In this document: positions 20,730-31,430 of the stretch, in pieces
Position numbering within the stretch: position 1 is the stretch's first letter
Layout of the letters: each line of letters begins with the position of its first letter
Made by a program: the position numbers and the translations under genes
Notes under the pieces: model-generated
What the model was told of the DNA's origin: nothing
The model's input: the letters and a program-made list of their open reading frames with translations, nothing else
Database searches by the model: none
Source of the DNA: a virus
Direction: 5' to 3' (one strand)
Length of the DNA stretch: 62,536 bases
Virus genome (UHGV): UHGV-0020642

Positions 20730-21412
20730 TATACACCTCTCTTATCTGGACTCCATACTATTTTATGAAGTTGTACCTGAAATCTAATATCAAATTTTGG
20801 AAATTTTTGTTTTAATATTTTAACTTCTTCTACCAAATCCTCTAAATTAATAGCATTAAAACAAGGACTTATAAATATTGTACTTTTAAAAGTAGGATGA
20901 TTTAACAGAAACCTACGAATAGAACTTAAATCTTCTTGATTTGCTACTACAAATTTAAGAACATCATTTTCGTCCATAATAGAAAAGTTTTCATGTACCA
21001 TTTTTTCTTCCATACCAGAACAAGGACATTTATAATCTACTGTAAAAAATCCCCTGCCTGCTCTTACTGCAAATATATATGGTAATAATTCAACACTTCC
21101 ATTGGTTTCAATATTTATATAATGACCTGTTTTCTGTAATAAATCAATAAGTTCAATAACTGGTCCTTGGTGTAATAATGGTTCTCCACCTGTTATTGTT
21201 ACAGCTTTATATGTAACTTTTTTAACAATATCTTCTAAACTCATTAAATCACCTTGAGTTGCTTCTTGTGCGTACCAAGTATCACAATATTTACATCTTA
21301 AATTACAACCTGCTAATCTAATAAAGGTTACGGGCATACCTGTTCGTATGCCTTCCCCTTCAATACTATCAAAAATCTCTACTACATTTAAACTTGTCAT
21401 TACACACTCCAT
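20729..21412 (-). CDS. queE: 7-carboxy-7-deazaguanine synthase (radical SAM)
   Basis: CNLRCKYCDTWY is the CxxxCxxC radical-SAM cluster motif; GGEP present. Confidence 0.8.
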   Translation of the reverse strand: MECVMTSLNVVEIFDSIEGEGIRTGMPVTFIRLAGCNLRCKYCDTWYAQEATQGDLMSLEDIVKKVTYKAVTITGGEPLLHQGPVIELIDLLQKTGHYINIETNGSVELLPYIFAVRAGRGFFTVDYKCPCSGMEEKMVHENFSIMDENDVLKFVVANQEDLSSIRRFLLNHPTFKSTIFISPCFNAINLEDLVEEVKILKQKFPKFDIRFQVQLHKIVWSPDKRGV

Positions 21413-21795
21413 TCTGCTATATTATATTGACTTTCCTGTACAATTACCTTTGAGCAATATGGAACAAATACATCTCTTTCGTCATTTTGTACTTTATAAT
21501 CATTTTTATTATTATCTAAATACTGATTAACTCTATCCTTAACCCAAGTTGCTATATTTTCAGCTGTTGGATTAAAATCAAATACTTGATTCAAATCATT
21601 ATGGTCCATTTCTTGATGTATCAATTCCTTAATTCTTTTGAAATCTAATAACATACCATGCTGGTTTAATCTATGTCCACTTACTTCAATACTAATTATC
21701 CAATTATGCCCATGATTATTTATACAAGGACTTTGATAATCTAAATTAAGATGGTGCATAGCCGAAATTTCCATTGTTTTTCTAACTTTATACAT
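21400..21795 (-). CDS. queD: 6-carboxy-5,6,7,8-tetrahydropterin synthase
   Basis: CINNHGHNW is the QueD CxxxHGH motif; 131 aa. Confidence 0.8.
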   Translation of the reverse strand: MYKVRKTMEISAMHHLNLDYQSPCINNHGHNWIISIEVSGHRLNQHGMLLDFKRIKELIHQEMDHNDLNQVFDFNPTAENIATWVKDRVNQYLDNNKNDYKVQNDERDVFVPYCSKVIVQESQYNIAEWSV

Positions 21796-22447
21796 TACTA
21801 GCCTCTTTCTCTTGCATATATTCTTTATAACCTTGTTCTCTTAGTTTACAAGCCGGACATTCGTGACAACCACCTTCAACACCATTGTAACAAGTATGGG
21901 TATTATTATAAACATAGTCTAAATAACCTAATTCATCGGCCAATGCCCAAGTTTGTTTTTTGTTTAAATACATTAATGGCGTTACAATATTAAACTGGTA
22001 ATCCATAGCCAATGAAAGTGTTTGCTGTAAAGAATCAATAAATACTCTACGACAATCAGGATATCCACTAAAATCAGTTTCACAACAACCAGTAATAATA
22101 TCGTGAGCTCCTAGTTGTTTAGCATAAATGGCCGCAATTGATAAAAATATATGATTTCTACCATCTACAAAAGTATTAGGATATTTTTCGCCTTTTTCAA
22201 TATCCATTTCAGGATGAGTTAATGCACAACCAGACAAACATTCAAAAATTGGTGTAACTTGTACTAACTTATGAGAAACATTAAAGTCATTACAAATTTT
22301 CTTAGCTTTTTCTAACTCTCCCCAATGATTTTGACCGTAAAAGAATGAAATAGTATGTACTTCATCATATTCCTTTAAAGCCTTTAATAAACAAGTGGTA
22401 CTATCTTGTCCACCACTAAATACAACAACTGCAATTTTCTTATCCAT
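21788..22447 (-). CDS. queC: 7-cyano-7-deazaguanine (preQ0) synthase
   Basis: [12 protein letters not shown] is the PP-loop SGGxDS motif; C-terminal [10 protein letters not shown] zinc motif. Confidence 0.85.
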   Translation of the reverse strand: MDKKIAVVVFSGGQDSTTCLLKALKEYDEVHTISFFYGQNHWGELEKAKKICNDFNVSHKLVQVTPIFECLSGCALTHPEMDIEKGEKYPNTFVDGRNHIFLSIAAIYAKQLGAHDIITGCCETDFSGYPDCRRVFIDSLQQTLSLAMDYQFNIVTPLMYLNKKQTWALADELGYLDYVYNNTHTCYNGVEGGCHECPACKLREQGYKEYMQEKEASNV

Positions 22448-22471
22448 ATTTGTCTCCTTTCGTTGTTAAAA

Positions 22472-22487
22472 TTATTGTATAACAAAA
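22472..22487 (-). promoter_or_regulatory. conserved promoter-like motif TTATTGTATAACAAAA upstream of queC
   Basis: Minus strand reads TTTTGTTATACAATAATTTTAACAACGAAAGGAGACAAATATG. The motif, TTCGTTG element and RBS are arranged as at the 10677 copy. Confidence 0.45.
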
Positions 22488-22555
22488 CCAGTTAAAAAGT
22501 AAAGCCTAATGTTACCGATTCTTTACAAATATCGGCAACACTAGGCAGAAAAAGG

Positions 22556-24127
22556 TTATACCCCAAATCCTCCTTTTAACTCATCTAATTGTCTTGATTT
22601 TTCAATTTCATTAAATTTTTCCTCACCATTACTATAAGTTGCGAATGGGTGTATTGCAATTCCACCACGAGGTGTGAATAAACCCTTGACTTCTAAATAT
22701 TTTGGTTCTAATAATTTAACTAAATCTTTCATTATAATATTAACACAATCTTCATGAAAATCTCCATGGTTTCTAAAACTGAATAGATATAATTTTAGTG
22801 ACTTGCTTTCCACCATTTTCTTATCTGGAATATATTTAATGTGAATTGTTGCAAAATCAGGTTGACCTGTTTTTGGACATAAGCTAGTAAACTCATAAGC
22901 ATTAAATTTTACTACATAATCATTACCTGGATGTTTGTTTTCAAAATACTCTAATTGTGAAGGGTCATAATCATATAAGTATTTTGTATTTTTAGCACCT
23001 AGACCTTTAACAGTACCAAACTCCTCGCCTGAACGTCCTGCGTTGGTTTCTTCACTTACGTTTTCTGGCACCTCTGCACTAGCTTTTACATCGCTTAAAG
23101 ATAATTTTGATTCTTTTGCTTTTGTTTCCATTAATTTTTGGTCTTCTTGTCTTTGTTGTTCCATTAACTCCGCCTTTCTTATAAGTTCTTTATGTTGCTC
23201 AATTGTTTTTGGTTTTAATCTAATAAGTGTACGTTTTTTAATTTCTGTGCCCCTATATTCATAATTTTTAGCCCAATCTAACAAATAAGCTATATTAAAT
23301 TTACATCTTTCTTGATAGCTTGTAGACAAATCCTCAAACTTAAATTTATATTTCTTACATAAATCTTTAACCTGCTGTATTTCTGCAGATGTTTGATGTG
23401 AAATATGCTGTGGATTATCAGTTTGTTTATCACTAATTACAACAGTTCCATTTGGTGTCATTATCCCGCCATTTGCACCTGTCATAATCCAACTAGTTGA
23501 ATCTGCACTTGTAAATGGATATCTTTCTAATACAGGTAAAGATGTCATTCCGAATGCGTGTGTCATAACATTTGGATTACTACTTTGACCAATTATTCTA
23601 AATACAGTTTCAAACCATTCATTTTTTTCTTTTGTTGACCTATCGTTAGCAGGAGAAACTCCAATATATGGAATATGCTTACCATCAAAAGTAGTTTCTA
23701 GCATAGTTACAAGCCAGTCAAAGTCTTCGTTTTGGTGAAATACGGGTAGTATTTTATCTGGACTTTTAACTCTTTCACGCATATACAAATAATTTTCCCA
23801 GCCAATTAAAGGAGCTTCTAAACATTCCTTTCTTGTTTTAGGCTTTCCAAACTTACCAGGAATCTTATCTAATTCGGCCGCAATATAAATAAACTCATCT
23901 CTTTCGTTTAAGAACTCAATATACTTATCGATATCAACTTCTTTACCTACTGTATGTGCAGAAAAAGCACCCGAGTCAATAAATAATTTACCCTTAGCTT
24001 TATTTTCAATCCAAGCTTCTATAACATTTCTATCATTTATCCAACTGGCAAGTCTATTTGCTTTTTTACTAATTAAATATTCTCGCCATGCTGGGTTATC
24101 GCTACCAGCGAAGTACAAATTAAACAT
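22556..24127 (-). CDS. queF: bifunctional protein: N-terminal DpdA-like 7-deazaguanine DNA transglycosylase (inferred) fused to C-terminal preQ0 reductase QueF
   Basis: The C-terminal ~130 aa ([58 protein letters not shown]...[10 protein letters not shown]) is an unambiguous unimodular QueF. The N-terminal ~380 aa has no motif I can name; the DpdA assignment rests only on context (a que cluster with no other transglycosylase) and carries about 0.4 confidence. Confidence 0.7.
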   Translation of the reverse strand: MFNLYFAGSDNPAWREYLISKKANRLASWINDRNVIEAWIENKAKGKLFIDSGAFSAHTVGKEVDIDKYIEFLNERDEFIYIAAELDKIPGKFGKPKTRKECLEAPLIGWENYLYMRERVKSPDKILPVFHQNEDFDWLVTMLETTFDGKHIPYIGVSPANDRSTKEKNEWFETVFRIIGQSSNPNVMTHAFGMTSLPVLERYPFTSADSTSWIMTGANGGIMTPNGTVVISDKQTDNPQHISHQTSAEIQQVKDLCKKYKFKFEDLSTSYQERCKFNIAYLLDWAKNYEYRGTEIKKRTLIRLKPKTIEQHKELIRKAELMEQQRQEDQKLMETKAKESKLSLSDVKASAEVPENVSEETNAGRSGEEFGTVKGLGAKNTKYLYDYDPSQLEYFENKHPGNDYVVKFNAYEFTSLCPKTGQPDFATIHIKYIPDKKMVESKSLKLYLFSFRNHGDFHEDCVNIIMKDLVKLLEPKYLEVKGLFTPRGGIAIHPFATYSNGEEKFNEIEKSRQLDELKGGFGV

Positions 24128-26408
24128 CTAATTTTATCTCCTCTCCGTACCATCTTTTACAAATTACCATATCACATCTCCAAGGTAGTTTAATTTTAGC
24201 TTGCGGAGATGTTTCCATAGTTTCTTGGTACAATTTTGCTAGTTTCTTTAAGTTACTTTCAGGACCTGTAATACCCAATTCATCGTGAATTTGTAATACA
24301 ATTTTTCCACCTAATTTTTTAAATTCTGGATTATACCATAAATTTACCATTGACAACTTAATCATGTCTGAAGCTGTTCCTTGAATAGGAGTATTAATTG
24401 CCTGTCTTTCTGCCGCCGATATTTTAGAAGTATTATCCACAATCTTAATATTTTCTTCTAGAGCTTGTTGAATAATTTTTTGTTTATCTTTCCATTTGTA
24501 GCAATTATCTAAAGCATCTTCATATTCCTGTTGTATATCTAGAGGAACTTCCTGTACTGCTGTCTCACTATCAAAATCTAATAAATCAAAATTATTACCC
24601 ACACCGTCGTTCCAAGAAAATTCATATGGTTCTAACTGCATATCTGGCAGATGTCTCCTTCTGCCCCATACAGTTTTCACATAACCATTTTTATAAGCGA
24701 ATTTATATGTACTTTCTGTAAATTCTTTAATACGTGGGAACCTAGCAAAGAATTTATGTTGAATTTCTTGAGCCTCTTTTAACTTTTTGCCCAAACTTTT
24801 TGCCAATGAATAAGCTTCTTGTCCATACGTCATAGCAAGCTGAATAATTTTTGCTTGACTTCTTCTTTCCTTTCCTTCTTTGTTAGTTGTGCCATCCGGT
24901 CTAAATTCTCTACACTCGTCAGCAGGAACACCAAAAGCTGTACTAGCTACTTCCGGATATAAATCTGCATTCCTATCAGTTTTATAAATTTCCAACATAT
25001 TCTCATCTTGACTTAACCAAGCTGTTGCCTTTGGTTCTTGTTGAGAATAGTCGGCAAATATTAAAACTTGGTCCTCACCATCTTCAGTTTTACCCGCTAT
25101 AAACATTTGTCTAATGTCATCGTTATGTGAAGGTATATTCTGCAAATTAGGGTCGCTACTTGAAAATCTACCTGTATCTGTGCCATTCTGGTTGAAACTT
25201 GCATGAATTTTACCTGTTACTGGATTTATAACTTTTGGCATTTTATCAATATATGTAGAAAGTAATTTATTTATTCCTCTATATTTTAAAATTACTTCAA
25301 CAACAGGCTCCTCCATAGCACTTAAAATTTCATCACCTGTTCCTCTAGGTTTACGTTTATCATTACTTGTTAAACCTAAAACATCATAAATAAGTTGTGC
25401 AACTTGTTTCGGACTGTTTGGATTAAGTGGCAACTTAAACATATCTCTAGGATTTCGCTTATTGTATTCAGCAATTTCCTTTGAATATAATTTACAAACA
25501 TTGTCTACTTCTGTTTCACATTCTTCTAGTTGTTTATGATACTTAACAGACAATTCACTTGCATATTCGGTATCAATAGAAATACCTGTACGTTGCATAT
25601 CTGCCACTACTTGCACCAGCGGAATTTCAATTGAAGCTAATAACTCTTTCAACTCTAAATTTTCCGGACGGTTATATTGTGTCAACTGGTATTGATACAC
25701 TTCATATGTTATTTGTGCGTCCTTAGCCCCATATAAATAAGCAATATTAATTGGTATATACGCAAAATTTACACCTTCAAACAACGAAGAGTAATCATTT
25801 ACTTTACCATCTTTTGCAACATATTTAGAATACAAATATTTCAAACCAGCATCTTCCAACTCATTAAGTATTTTAGAAGCTACCATTGTATCCCAAACTA
25901 ACGTATCAAAACACCAATTAAATCTAAAATATCCAACATTAATATCAAATTTGCCGTTGTGCATAATTGAAGGAATACTTTGTAATCTTTTTAATTGTCT
26001 TTCAACTACATCTAAACTTAATTGATTTTGCTTAATTAAATTATCTACGAAACTTCTATGACTTACTGGTACATAACAAGCCTTCATGCCTGGTGTATAT
26101 AAACTAAAACCAACTAATTCACAAGTTATAAAATCTAAACTTGTGGTCTCTGTATCGAATGCGAATATATTATTCTCTATACATTTATCAATATAGCTTG
26201 CTAATTCTTCTTCTGTTTGTATTAGCAAAAACTCGTCTTTTAAATGTCCTAACTCTGCTTCAACTTTTGCTCTAATTAGTTGTATTCTATCCCCTATTGT
26301 GCTTCCAGTTGATTTTCTTGTTGTAACCTTTTTCTTTGAATTTTGTATTTTAGAAGCAACCTGTGAGGTATTTACTCCCACAGGTGCTTTAATATTAAAT
26401 AATGCCAT
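24120..26408 (-). CDS. polA: DNA polymerase I (family A) with 3'-5' exonuclease domain
   Basis: FDTETTSLD is exo motif [17 protein letters not shown] is pol motif B (R...K...YG), and VLQIHDEL is motif C; 762 aa. Confidence 0.9.
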   Translation of the reverse strand: MALFNIKAPVGVNTSQVASKIQNSKKKVTTRKSTGSTIGDRIQLIRAKVEAELGHLKDEFLLIQTEEELASYIDKCIENNIFAFDTETTSLDFITCELVGFSLYTPGMKACYVPVSHRSFVDNLIKQNQLSLDVVERQLKRLQSIPSIMHNGKFDINVGYFRFNWCFDTLVWDTMVASKILNELEDAGLKYLYSKYVAKDGKVNDYSSLFEGVNFAYIPINIAYLYGAKDAQITYEVYQYQLTQYNRPENLELKELLASIEIPLVQVVADMQRTGISIDTEYASELSVKYHKQLEECETEVDNVCKLYSKEIAEYNKRNPRDMFKLPLNPNSPKQVAQLIYDVLGLTSNDKRKPRGTGDEILSAMEEPVVEVILKYRGINKLLSTYIDKMPKVINPVTGKIHASFNQNGTDTGRFSSSDPNLQNIPSHNDDIRQMFIAGKTEDGEDQVLIFADYSQQEPKATAWLSQDENMLEIYKTDRNADLYPEVASTAFGVPADECREFRPDGTTNKEGKERRSQAKIIQLAMTYGQEAYSLAKSLGKKLKEAQEIQHKFFARFPRIKEFTESTYKFAYKNGYVKTVWGRRRHLPDMQLEPYEFSWNDGVGNNFDLLDFDSETAVQEVPLDIQQEYEDALDNCYKWKDKQKIIQQALEENIKIVDNTSKISAAERQAINTPIQGTASDMIKLSMVNLWYNPEFKKLGGKIVLQIHDELGITGPESNLKKLAKLYQETMETSPQAKIKLPWRCDMVICKRWYGEEIKLDV

Positions 26409-26410
26409 AA

Positions 26411-27094
26411 TTAAAACCTACTTGCTGTTCTTCTAGTTGCTCTACTCTCTGTTTGTTGTTCTTCAGGTTGACTTGCTCTTGATGTACGTCTTGGCAAGTT
26501 TTCTTCCTGCTTACTAACACCAGCAACTTTTCCAGATTGCAAGTATTCATTCATTTCCTCAAAAGTCATATCTAAAACATAAGAGCCTAATAAATCATCA
26601 AATTCTGGCAGGTCTTTAATCATAGTATTGTCTTTTTCTTGAGCCAATGGATATACTTTATAAGTTGTATTTGTATCGCCTTTAGCACCACATCTTTCAA
26701 TTTCACAAGGATAATTAACTAATGGTGCATTTCTTCTAATATGACCCATAATTTCATCTTTAAATGTCCTGCCCCTTTCAAACAACTTAACTTGATTATC
26801 GCTTAAATCTAAAACAGGCAAGAACATTTTTACAGTTGTTTTTAAATCTTTATTTTGTAATGCTTGAGCACATAATGGACAATCATCAATTGGTTGGTCA
26901 TATGTTCTTATACAATTAACATATCTCTTTTTACCATTTACTTCAATTTCGTGAACAACATAAAATTTCAAATCGCTCATACTCTCAATGTAAAATCTAA
27001 CTTTTGCAATATCTCCATCTTCTTTTAATTGCAAATAGTTAAAATCCCCACCCGAACGATAATTGTCAACGTCATCAATTCCAATTACTGGCAT
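26411..27094 (-). CDS. putative ssDNA-binding protein (gp32-like?) / hypothetical
   Basis: The track starts this ORF at a TTG (27136). An ATG at 27094 with a strong GAAGGAG RBS is the more likely start (MPVIGIDD...). A CPLC...C...C cluster is present. The SSB call is based on position only. Confidence 0.3.
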   Translation of the reverse strand: MPVIGIDDVDNYRSGGDFNYLQLKEDGDIAKVRFYIESMSDLKFYVVHEIEVNGKKRYVNCIRTYDQPIDDCPLCAQALQNKDLKTTVKMFLPVLDLSDNQVKLFERGRTFKDEIMGHIRRNAPLVNYPCEIERCGAKGDTNTTYKVYPLAQEKDNTMIKDLPEFDDLLGSYVLDMTFEEMNEYLQSGKVAGVSKQEENLPRRTSRASQPEEQQTESRATRRTASRF

Positions 27095-27151
27095 AATTTT
27101 CTCCTTCTTTTTTTGTGTACTTCTTAGCTTATGCAAGCTGTATGTATAAAA

Positions 27152-27164
27152 TTATTGTATAACA
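27152..27164 (-). promoter_or_regulatory. conserved promoter-like motif TTATTGTATAACA
   Basis: Intergenic between the primase and the 26411 gene, about 55 nt upstream of the ATG at 27094. Confidence 0.4.
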
Positions 27165-27205
27165 TAATTTTTAAAATGCAATACTTTATTAAATCTTATT
27201 TACAA

Positions 27206-28159
27206 TTAGTAAAGTACCTTATTGAGTGCATTTAGAAACTCTTCATACTCTAAATCGTTTACATCTTTACCCTCTGGAATTTGTAAACATTTTATCAATT
27301 TACCCTTAACATTTTTAATAAATCTCTGTTGACCTTTAGCACCTGCGTCATCTGGGTCTAGTGCCAAATAAAATTTTCTAATATGACTATTTTCTAATAT
27401 AGGATATTGTTCATAACTACCTGTACCAATTAAAGCCACAGCAGGTATTCCCCAAGTCCAACAAGTCAACGCATTTATTATGGATTCACAAACAACTACT
27501 GAATCTGTTTTAGAGTCTATAAAATTTAATGCGTATATTGGTTTATTTACTTCTCTAGGATAGTTAAAGAATTTTGTTTTTACACTTCTTCTAGCTACAA
27601 AAACACATCTGCCTTTTTCGTCCCATACTGGAAATGTTAAGCATTGAGTTTCTTTATCATAACCTACATCAAATTTCTCAATAATATCGTCAGTTAATTT
27701 TCTTTTGTACATATAAGGATGAATAAATCTATAAGAATCTAATTCTTGTTCTGTGATATATTGTGTTTTAGCTTTAACTCTACTTAAATTAAGTGTAAAA
27801 GAACTTCTTTTTTCAATTGCTACTGAAACAAAATTTTCTAATAACCATTTCTTGCCATATTTACCGCCATCATTATATCCAAAACAGTCACTAACGAATT
27901 CCGGAAAGGAAGCAATATAGCCACAAGTAAAGCAATGAACAGTACCAGGTGCTGTGCCTTTGCTACCATCTAAATTTATACCGCATGATGGTTTTCTCTC
28001 TAACCCATCCTTATGAATAGGGCAACAAACCTGAATATTACCATGAGATTTTTTAATCACTGCTAACTTATTTATTCCTCTATTATGTAACTCTGTTCTT
28101 AAAGTTTCTATAATAGTCATTTCATTTTCTAACAAAGGTATATCATCAACCATTAACAT
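27206..28159 (-). CDS. DNA primase (DnaG-like, zinc-binding + TOPRIM)
   Basis: CPIHKDG...C...HCFTCG is a CHC2-type zinc finger; sits between the DnaB and PolA genes. Confidence 0.7.
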   Translation of the reverse strand: MLMVDDIPLLENEMTIIETLRTELHNRGINKLAVIKKSHGNIQVCCPIHKDGLERKPSCGINLDGSKGTAPGTVHCFTCGYIASFPEFVSDCFGYNDGGKYGKKWLLENFVSVAIEKRSSFTLNLSRVKAKTQYITEQELDSYRFIHPYMYKRKLTDDIIEKFDVGYDKETQCLTFPVWDEKGRCVFVARRSVKTKFFNYPREVNKPIYALNFIDSKTDSVVVCESIINALTCWTWGIPAVALIGTGSYEQYPILENSHIRKFYLALDPDDAGAKGQQRFIKNVKGKLIKCLQIPEGKDVNDLEYEEFLNALNKVLY

Positions 28160-29532
28160 TAGAATACCTCACTTCCAGATTTTTTAGCACCGCCACGTCT
28201 TCTGCTTGCAGGTACTTTTTTAGGTCCTTCATTACTATCTTCAGAATCTAGACCATCCGGATTAAATTCAAATAATCCCTTATCTATATTCCATAAATAA
28301 GCAACTTTATCACCCAATGCTAAATTTCTATTTTTAGCCATTCTTAATAATAAATTTCCTTCATTTTGGCACATAGAAATTACCCTTGTAGCAATTTGAC
28401 CTATACTATCTGATTCTGCAATATGCTCCAGTCTTGGTAATTTATCTTTTTCTGCGTCCTCACCAACTGTTTTTCTACTTGCTTGGCAGGTATAGACAAT
28501 AGGCACACCTAAACGCATAGTAATATCTAAAGATTCTTGCATAACTTCCTCAAATTGCAATCTCCTATCTCTAGATTTTGTTGTAGGTTGTACGGAATAC
28601 AATTGGTCAACAAATAAAATATCTAATTTTTCTTTTTCTATAAATGCTTGTAATTTTGCTGTTGTAGGTCTGCCATTAAAATCTTTTTGAGTTGTTACGA
28701 ATATTGGTGTTTCTTGCTTTTGTAAAAACTCTATGTAATCTTTATAATTACCGTGAACTGCCTTATTACCTCTCTGTAAACAAGTATTTGAAATATGACT
28801 ATCCAATGTATCTAAACGATAGCCTACATCTGTCTTACTCATCTCACCACTATAAATACCAACTCGCTTGCCTTGATGCCAAGCTTCTAATGCAAATTTA
28901 TCTACAATCCAAGACTTACCTTGGTTAGGTCTTGCTAACAATATAACCAAATCTTCCTTTTTAAAGCCACCCATAATATTATCAAACTCAGGAAAACCTG
29001 TGTTAATAAAATACTCATCTTGTTTATCTAGCATTTCTTCATATTCTTGTAAACGAACAGGAGCCTTTTCTACTAAATCAAAAGAGTTTAAAGGTGTTAT
29101 ATTTGCGAGTTTAGGAATTTCTTGTTGCAAAAATTCTACGGCTTTTTGTGCGTTATCTTGCAACATTGGTTCCAATTTCTTCAATGTTATACAACTCATC
29201 CTAAAAACGTGTTGCTCATACATAGTATCTACAAGATATTGGTCACTTTCTTGTACATCAAAAATTGTAAAGTCAGGAAACTCTATCGCCACCGTAGAAA
29301 TATCAGGTACTTGTCCGTACTTTGAAACGTGCTCTACAATAAAATCGTATAAAGGTCTATACTTTACAAAAAAGCTACCATCAATATTATTTGAATTAAG
29401 AATCATCATAGATTTTGTTGTTAGGACCTTACACAAGATACTACATTCTGGTCCTTTATCTTCCATTAAATCTATAAACTCTTCCTTTACAGAGCCTGAT
29501 TTATCCAATATTTCATTTTCTATATTAGTCAT
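28159..29532 (-). CDS. replicative DNA helicase (DnaB-like)
   Basis: ILLARPNQGKSWIVDKFALEA Walker A in DnaB context; 457 aa. Confidence 0.85.
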   Translation of the reverse strand: MTNIENEILDKSGSVKEEFIDLMEDKGPECSILCKVLTTKSMMILNSNNIDGSFFVKYRPLYDFIVEHVSKYGQVPDISTVAIEFPDFTIFDVQESDQYLVDTMYEQHVFRMSCITLKKLEPMLQDNAQKAVEFLQQEIPKLANITPLNSFDLVEKAPVRLQEYEEMLDKQDEYFINTGFPEFDNIMGGFKKEDLVILLARPNQGKSWIVDKFALEAWHQGKRVGIYSGEMSKTDVGYRLDTLDSHISNTCLQRGNKAVHGNYKDYIEFLQKQETPIFVTTQKDFNGRPTTAKLQAFIEKEKLDILFVDQLYSVQPTTKSRDRRLQFEEVMQESLDITMRLGVPIVYTCQASRKTVGEDAEKDKLPRLEHIAESDSIGQIATRVISMCQNEGNLLLRMAKNRNLALGDKVAYLWNIDKGLFEFNPDGLDSEDSNEGPKKVPASRRRGGAKKSGSEVF

Positions 29533-30229
29533 TTATACCCCTCATACTGTTACCTTTAAAGGTTATTACTGTACTTAAACGGTTTATTCTATCAAATAAA
29601 CGGTCACCTAAATTTATTTTTAAAACATCATTTTCACAATTTGTAGTAAATATGCTACTTAATTGTCTGTTTATTCTTGTTTCTATAATTGTACTTAAAA
29701 TCAATAAGTCATAATCTTTGAGTGGAATACCTGCCACTTCATCAAATAAAACAAGAGGACAAGTTTGTAACATATTTTGTAAAAATTCAAACGTATTATT
29801 TCTGTTATTTATGCTTTTTCTTGCTTCTAACAATAAAGACGGCACATAAACGAAATAAGCTGGCACTAATGATTGTTTACAATTAAGTTCAATTTGCTTT
29901 TGTAATAGTTTTATACCCCAACTTGTCTTACCATTTCCGCATTTTGCAGACTGTAACAATACATTTCTTCCACCTGCTACAAATTCACGCAAATTATTTC
30001 TTATAGACATAACTTGCTGTACTGCGTCCTTATCTATGCTAACTTGTTTTAAATTAAAAGGATACCAAAATTTTTCTTCTAAATTACTATTTGTGAAGGC
30101 CGCCTTCATATTCTTATAAATCGGACAATGTATATCGCACCATTCAATATTATTTCCTTTTAAACATTTATTTTCACCGTCTTTAGTTTCTGTCATGTAG
30201 CAATACCAACAATCTGTATTCATTACCAA
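29525..30229 (-). CDS. helicase loader (DnaC/IstB-like ATPase) with N-terminal Cys-rich zinc finger
   Basis: LLQSAKCGNGKTSWG Walker A; N-terminal CWYC...C...C..HC cluster. Confidence 0.6.
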   Translation of the reverse strand: MVMNTDCWYCYMTETKDGENKCLKGNNIEWCDIHCPIYKNMKAAFTNSNLEEKFWYPFNLKQVSIDKDAVQQVMSIRNNLREFVAGGRNVLLQSAKCGNGKTSWGIKLLQKQIELNCKQSLVPAYFVYVPSLLLEARKSINNRNNTFEFLQNMLQTCPLVLFDEVAGIPLKDYDLLILSTIIETRINRQLSSIFTTNCENDVLKINLGDRLFDRINRLSTVITFKGNSMRGIND

Positions 30230-31185
30230 ACCTCCTCAATATTACCATTCTCGTCTCTAACAAAATCGTCTTCAGTTGCTTGCTCGCTTATTGCTACTTG
30301 CTGTGCGACTGTACTAGACAAATCATAAGGTAAATACAAATTCTTATAATTACGGTCTATGTTGTAGTTACATATTGCTTGTATTGCAGATGTACAGTTA
30401 CGACCTTTAATACAAATATCGTCTATTCTTTTGCATAATGCGGTATCTTTAAAACTATAAGAATCCATTAAATACAAGCAATATTCCGTAATAGCTTTAA
30501 TACAAGCAGGCTCTAATTTTAAGTCTAAAAGTTTTGCCTTGACTTTGTTTGGAAGCTGAGCCCCCGCCGGCAGGTTAGGTGCAACCACCCTTGGCTTTGA
30601 TACTACCCTTTTTTCCTCTAAAATTTTAGTAGTATCATTTTTGTTCGAGATTGCCCCCGCTTGGGTATTATCTGTATTGTTATATGTATTATTATTTTTA
30701 TTATTATATATAGTTCCCCAGTTTTTTGGGAGCTTGTTCCCCAGTTTTTTGGGAGCTTGTTCCCCAGTTTTTTGGGAGCTTGTTCCCCAGTTTTTTGGGA
30801 ACTGGACAAGTTCGCTAGTAGTAAGTATTTCCAGTAATTTTTGGTCGTCAAAAGTAAAATATCTTTTTCTAGGCATACCCATAAGTTTTTGCCTTAACAC
30901 TCCTATTTCGCACAATTTATCTATTGTTTGTTGTTGTTTATGTTCAGATAAGCCTGTATTACTTTTTACTTTTTCTGCTGTTGCATAAAACCAACCATCC
31001 TCTAAAGTATTTTTATTTTCATTATATGTGTATATAGAAACTAATTCACCTAATAGAACTGCTTCTTCTAACCCTAATAACTGGATTATATGTTTATTTA
31101 CACAAATAAATCCATCATTAGCTAATAAATGTAATAAATTCATATGTCTCCTTTTAGAAGAAAGAAAGGCCAGTTTCCTGGCCAT
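30223..31185 (-). CDS. replication initiator / replisome organiser (DnaD-like N-terminal domain) with iterons in the middle of the gene
   Basis: The N-terminal domain resembles DnaD/phage replisome-organiser winged helices. The 23-bp direct repeats lie inside the coding sequence and encode the repeated peptide PKNWGTSSQKTGEQAPKKLGNKL. Confidence 0.5.
   Translation of the reverse strand: MARKLAFLSSKRRHMNLLHLLANDGFICVNKHIIQLLGLEEAVLLGELVSIYTYNENKNTLEDGWFYATAEKVKSNTGLSEHKQQQTIDKLCEIGVLRQKLMGMPRKRYFTFDDQKLLEILTTSELVQFPKNWGTSSQKTGEQAPKKLGNKLPKNWGTIYNNKNNNTYNNTDNTQAGAISNKNDTTKILEEKRVVSKPRVVAPNLPAGAQLPNKVKAKLLDLKLEPACIKAITEYCLYLMDSYSFKDTALCKRIDDICIKGRNCTSAIQAICNYNIDRNYKNLYLPYDLSSTVAQQVAISEQATEDDFVRDENGNIEEVW
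30713..30805. repeat. four tandem 23-bp iterons (GTTCCCCAGTTTTTTGGGAGCTT), putative origin of replication
   Basis: Three perfect 23-bp copies (30713-30781) plus a fourth degenerate copy, immediately next to a 50-bp pure-AT stretch (30661-30712) that looks like a DNA-unwinding element. All inside the initiator gene, as with lambda O. Confidence 0.6.
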
Positions 31186-31199
31186 GAAAAAGATATGGT

Positions 31200-31430
31200 T
31201 TAACCTTTATATAATTTTTGACTTTCTTCAATTTTATTTTCTACTTCTGAAATAACCTTTTCCCATACTTCTGTATTTACTTTATTCATATCTGCACCTT
31301 CTTTAATTTTTACAGATAAAGAATGCTCAAAAGAATTCCACAGATTGTCGCTAATAGCATAGCTTAATTTCATAGAATATGTAGCATTTGTTATTTCGTA
31401 ATCTTTTTCTTCTTTGTTTAGTTTACTCAT
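31200..31430 (-). CDS. hypothetical protein
   Basis: 76-aa ORF. Confidence 0.3.
   Translation of the reverse strand: MSKLNKEEKDYEITNATYSMKLSYAISDNLWNSFEHSLSVKIKEGADMNKVNTEVWEKVISEVENKIEESQKLYKG

Noticed and set aside
26411-27136. Track start at 27136 (TTG) for the post-primase gene; likewise 58427 (portal) and 33861 (SNF2)
   Set aside because: Each TTG start lacks an RBS, while an in-frame ATG 3-42 nt downstream has a strong AGGAG-type RBS (27094, 58424) or lies just outside the promoter motif (33843). I used the ATG starts.
30618-30988. ORFs 30618..30851 (-) and 30641..30988 (+) inside the initiator gene
   Set aside because: Generated by the 23-bp iterons in alternative frames; they overlap a well-supported gene.
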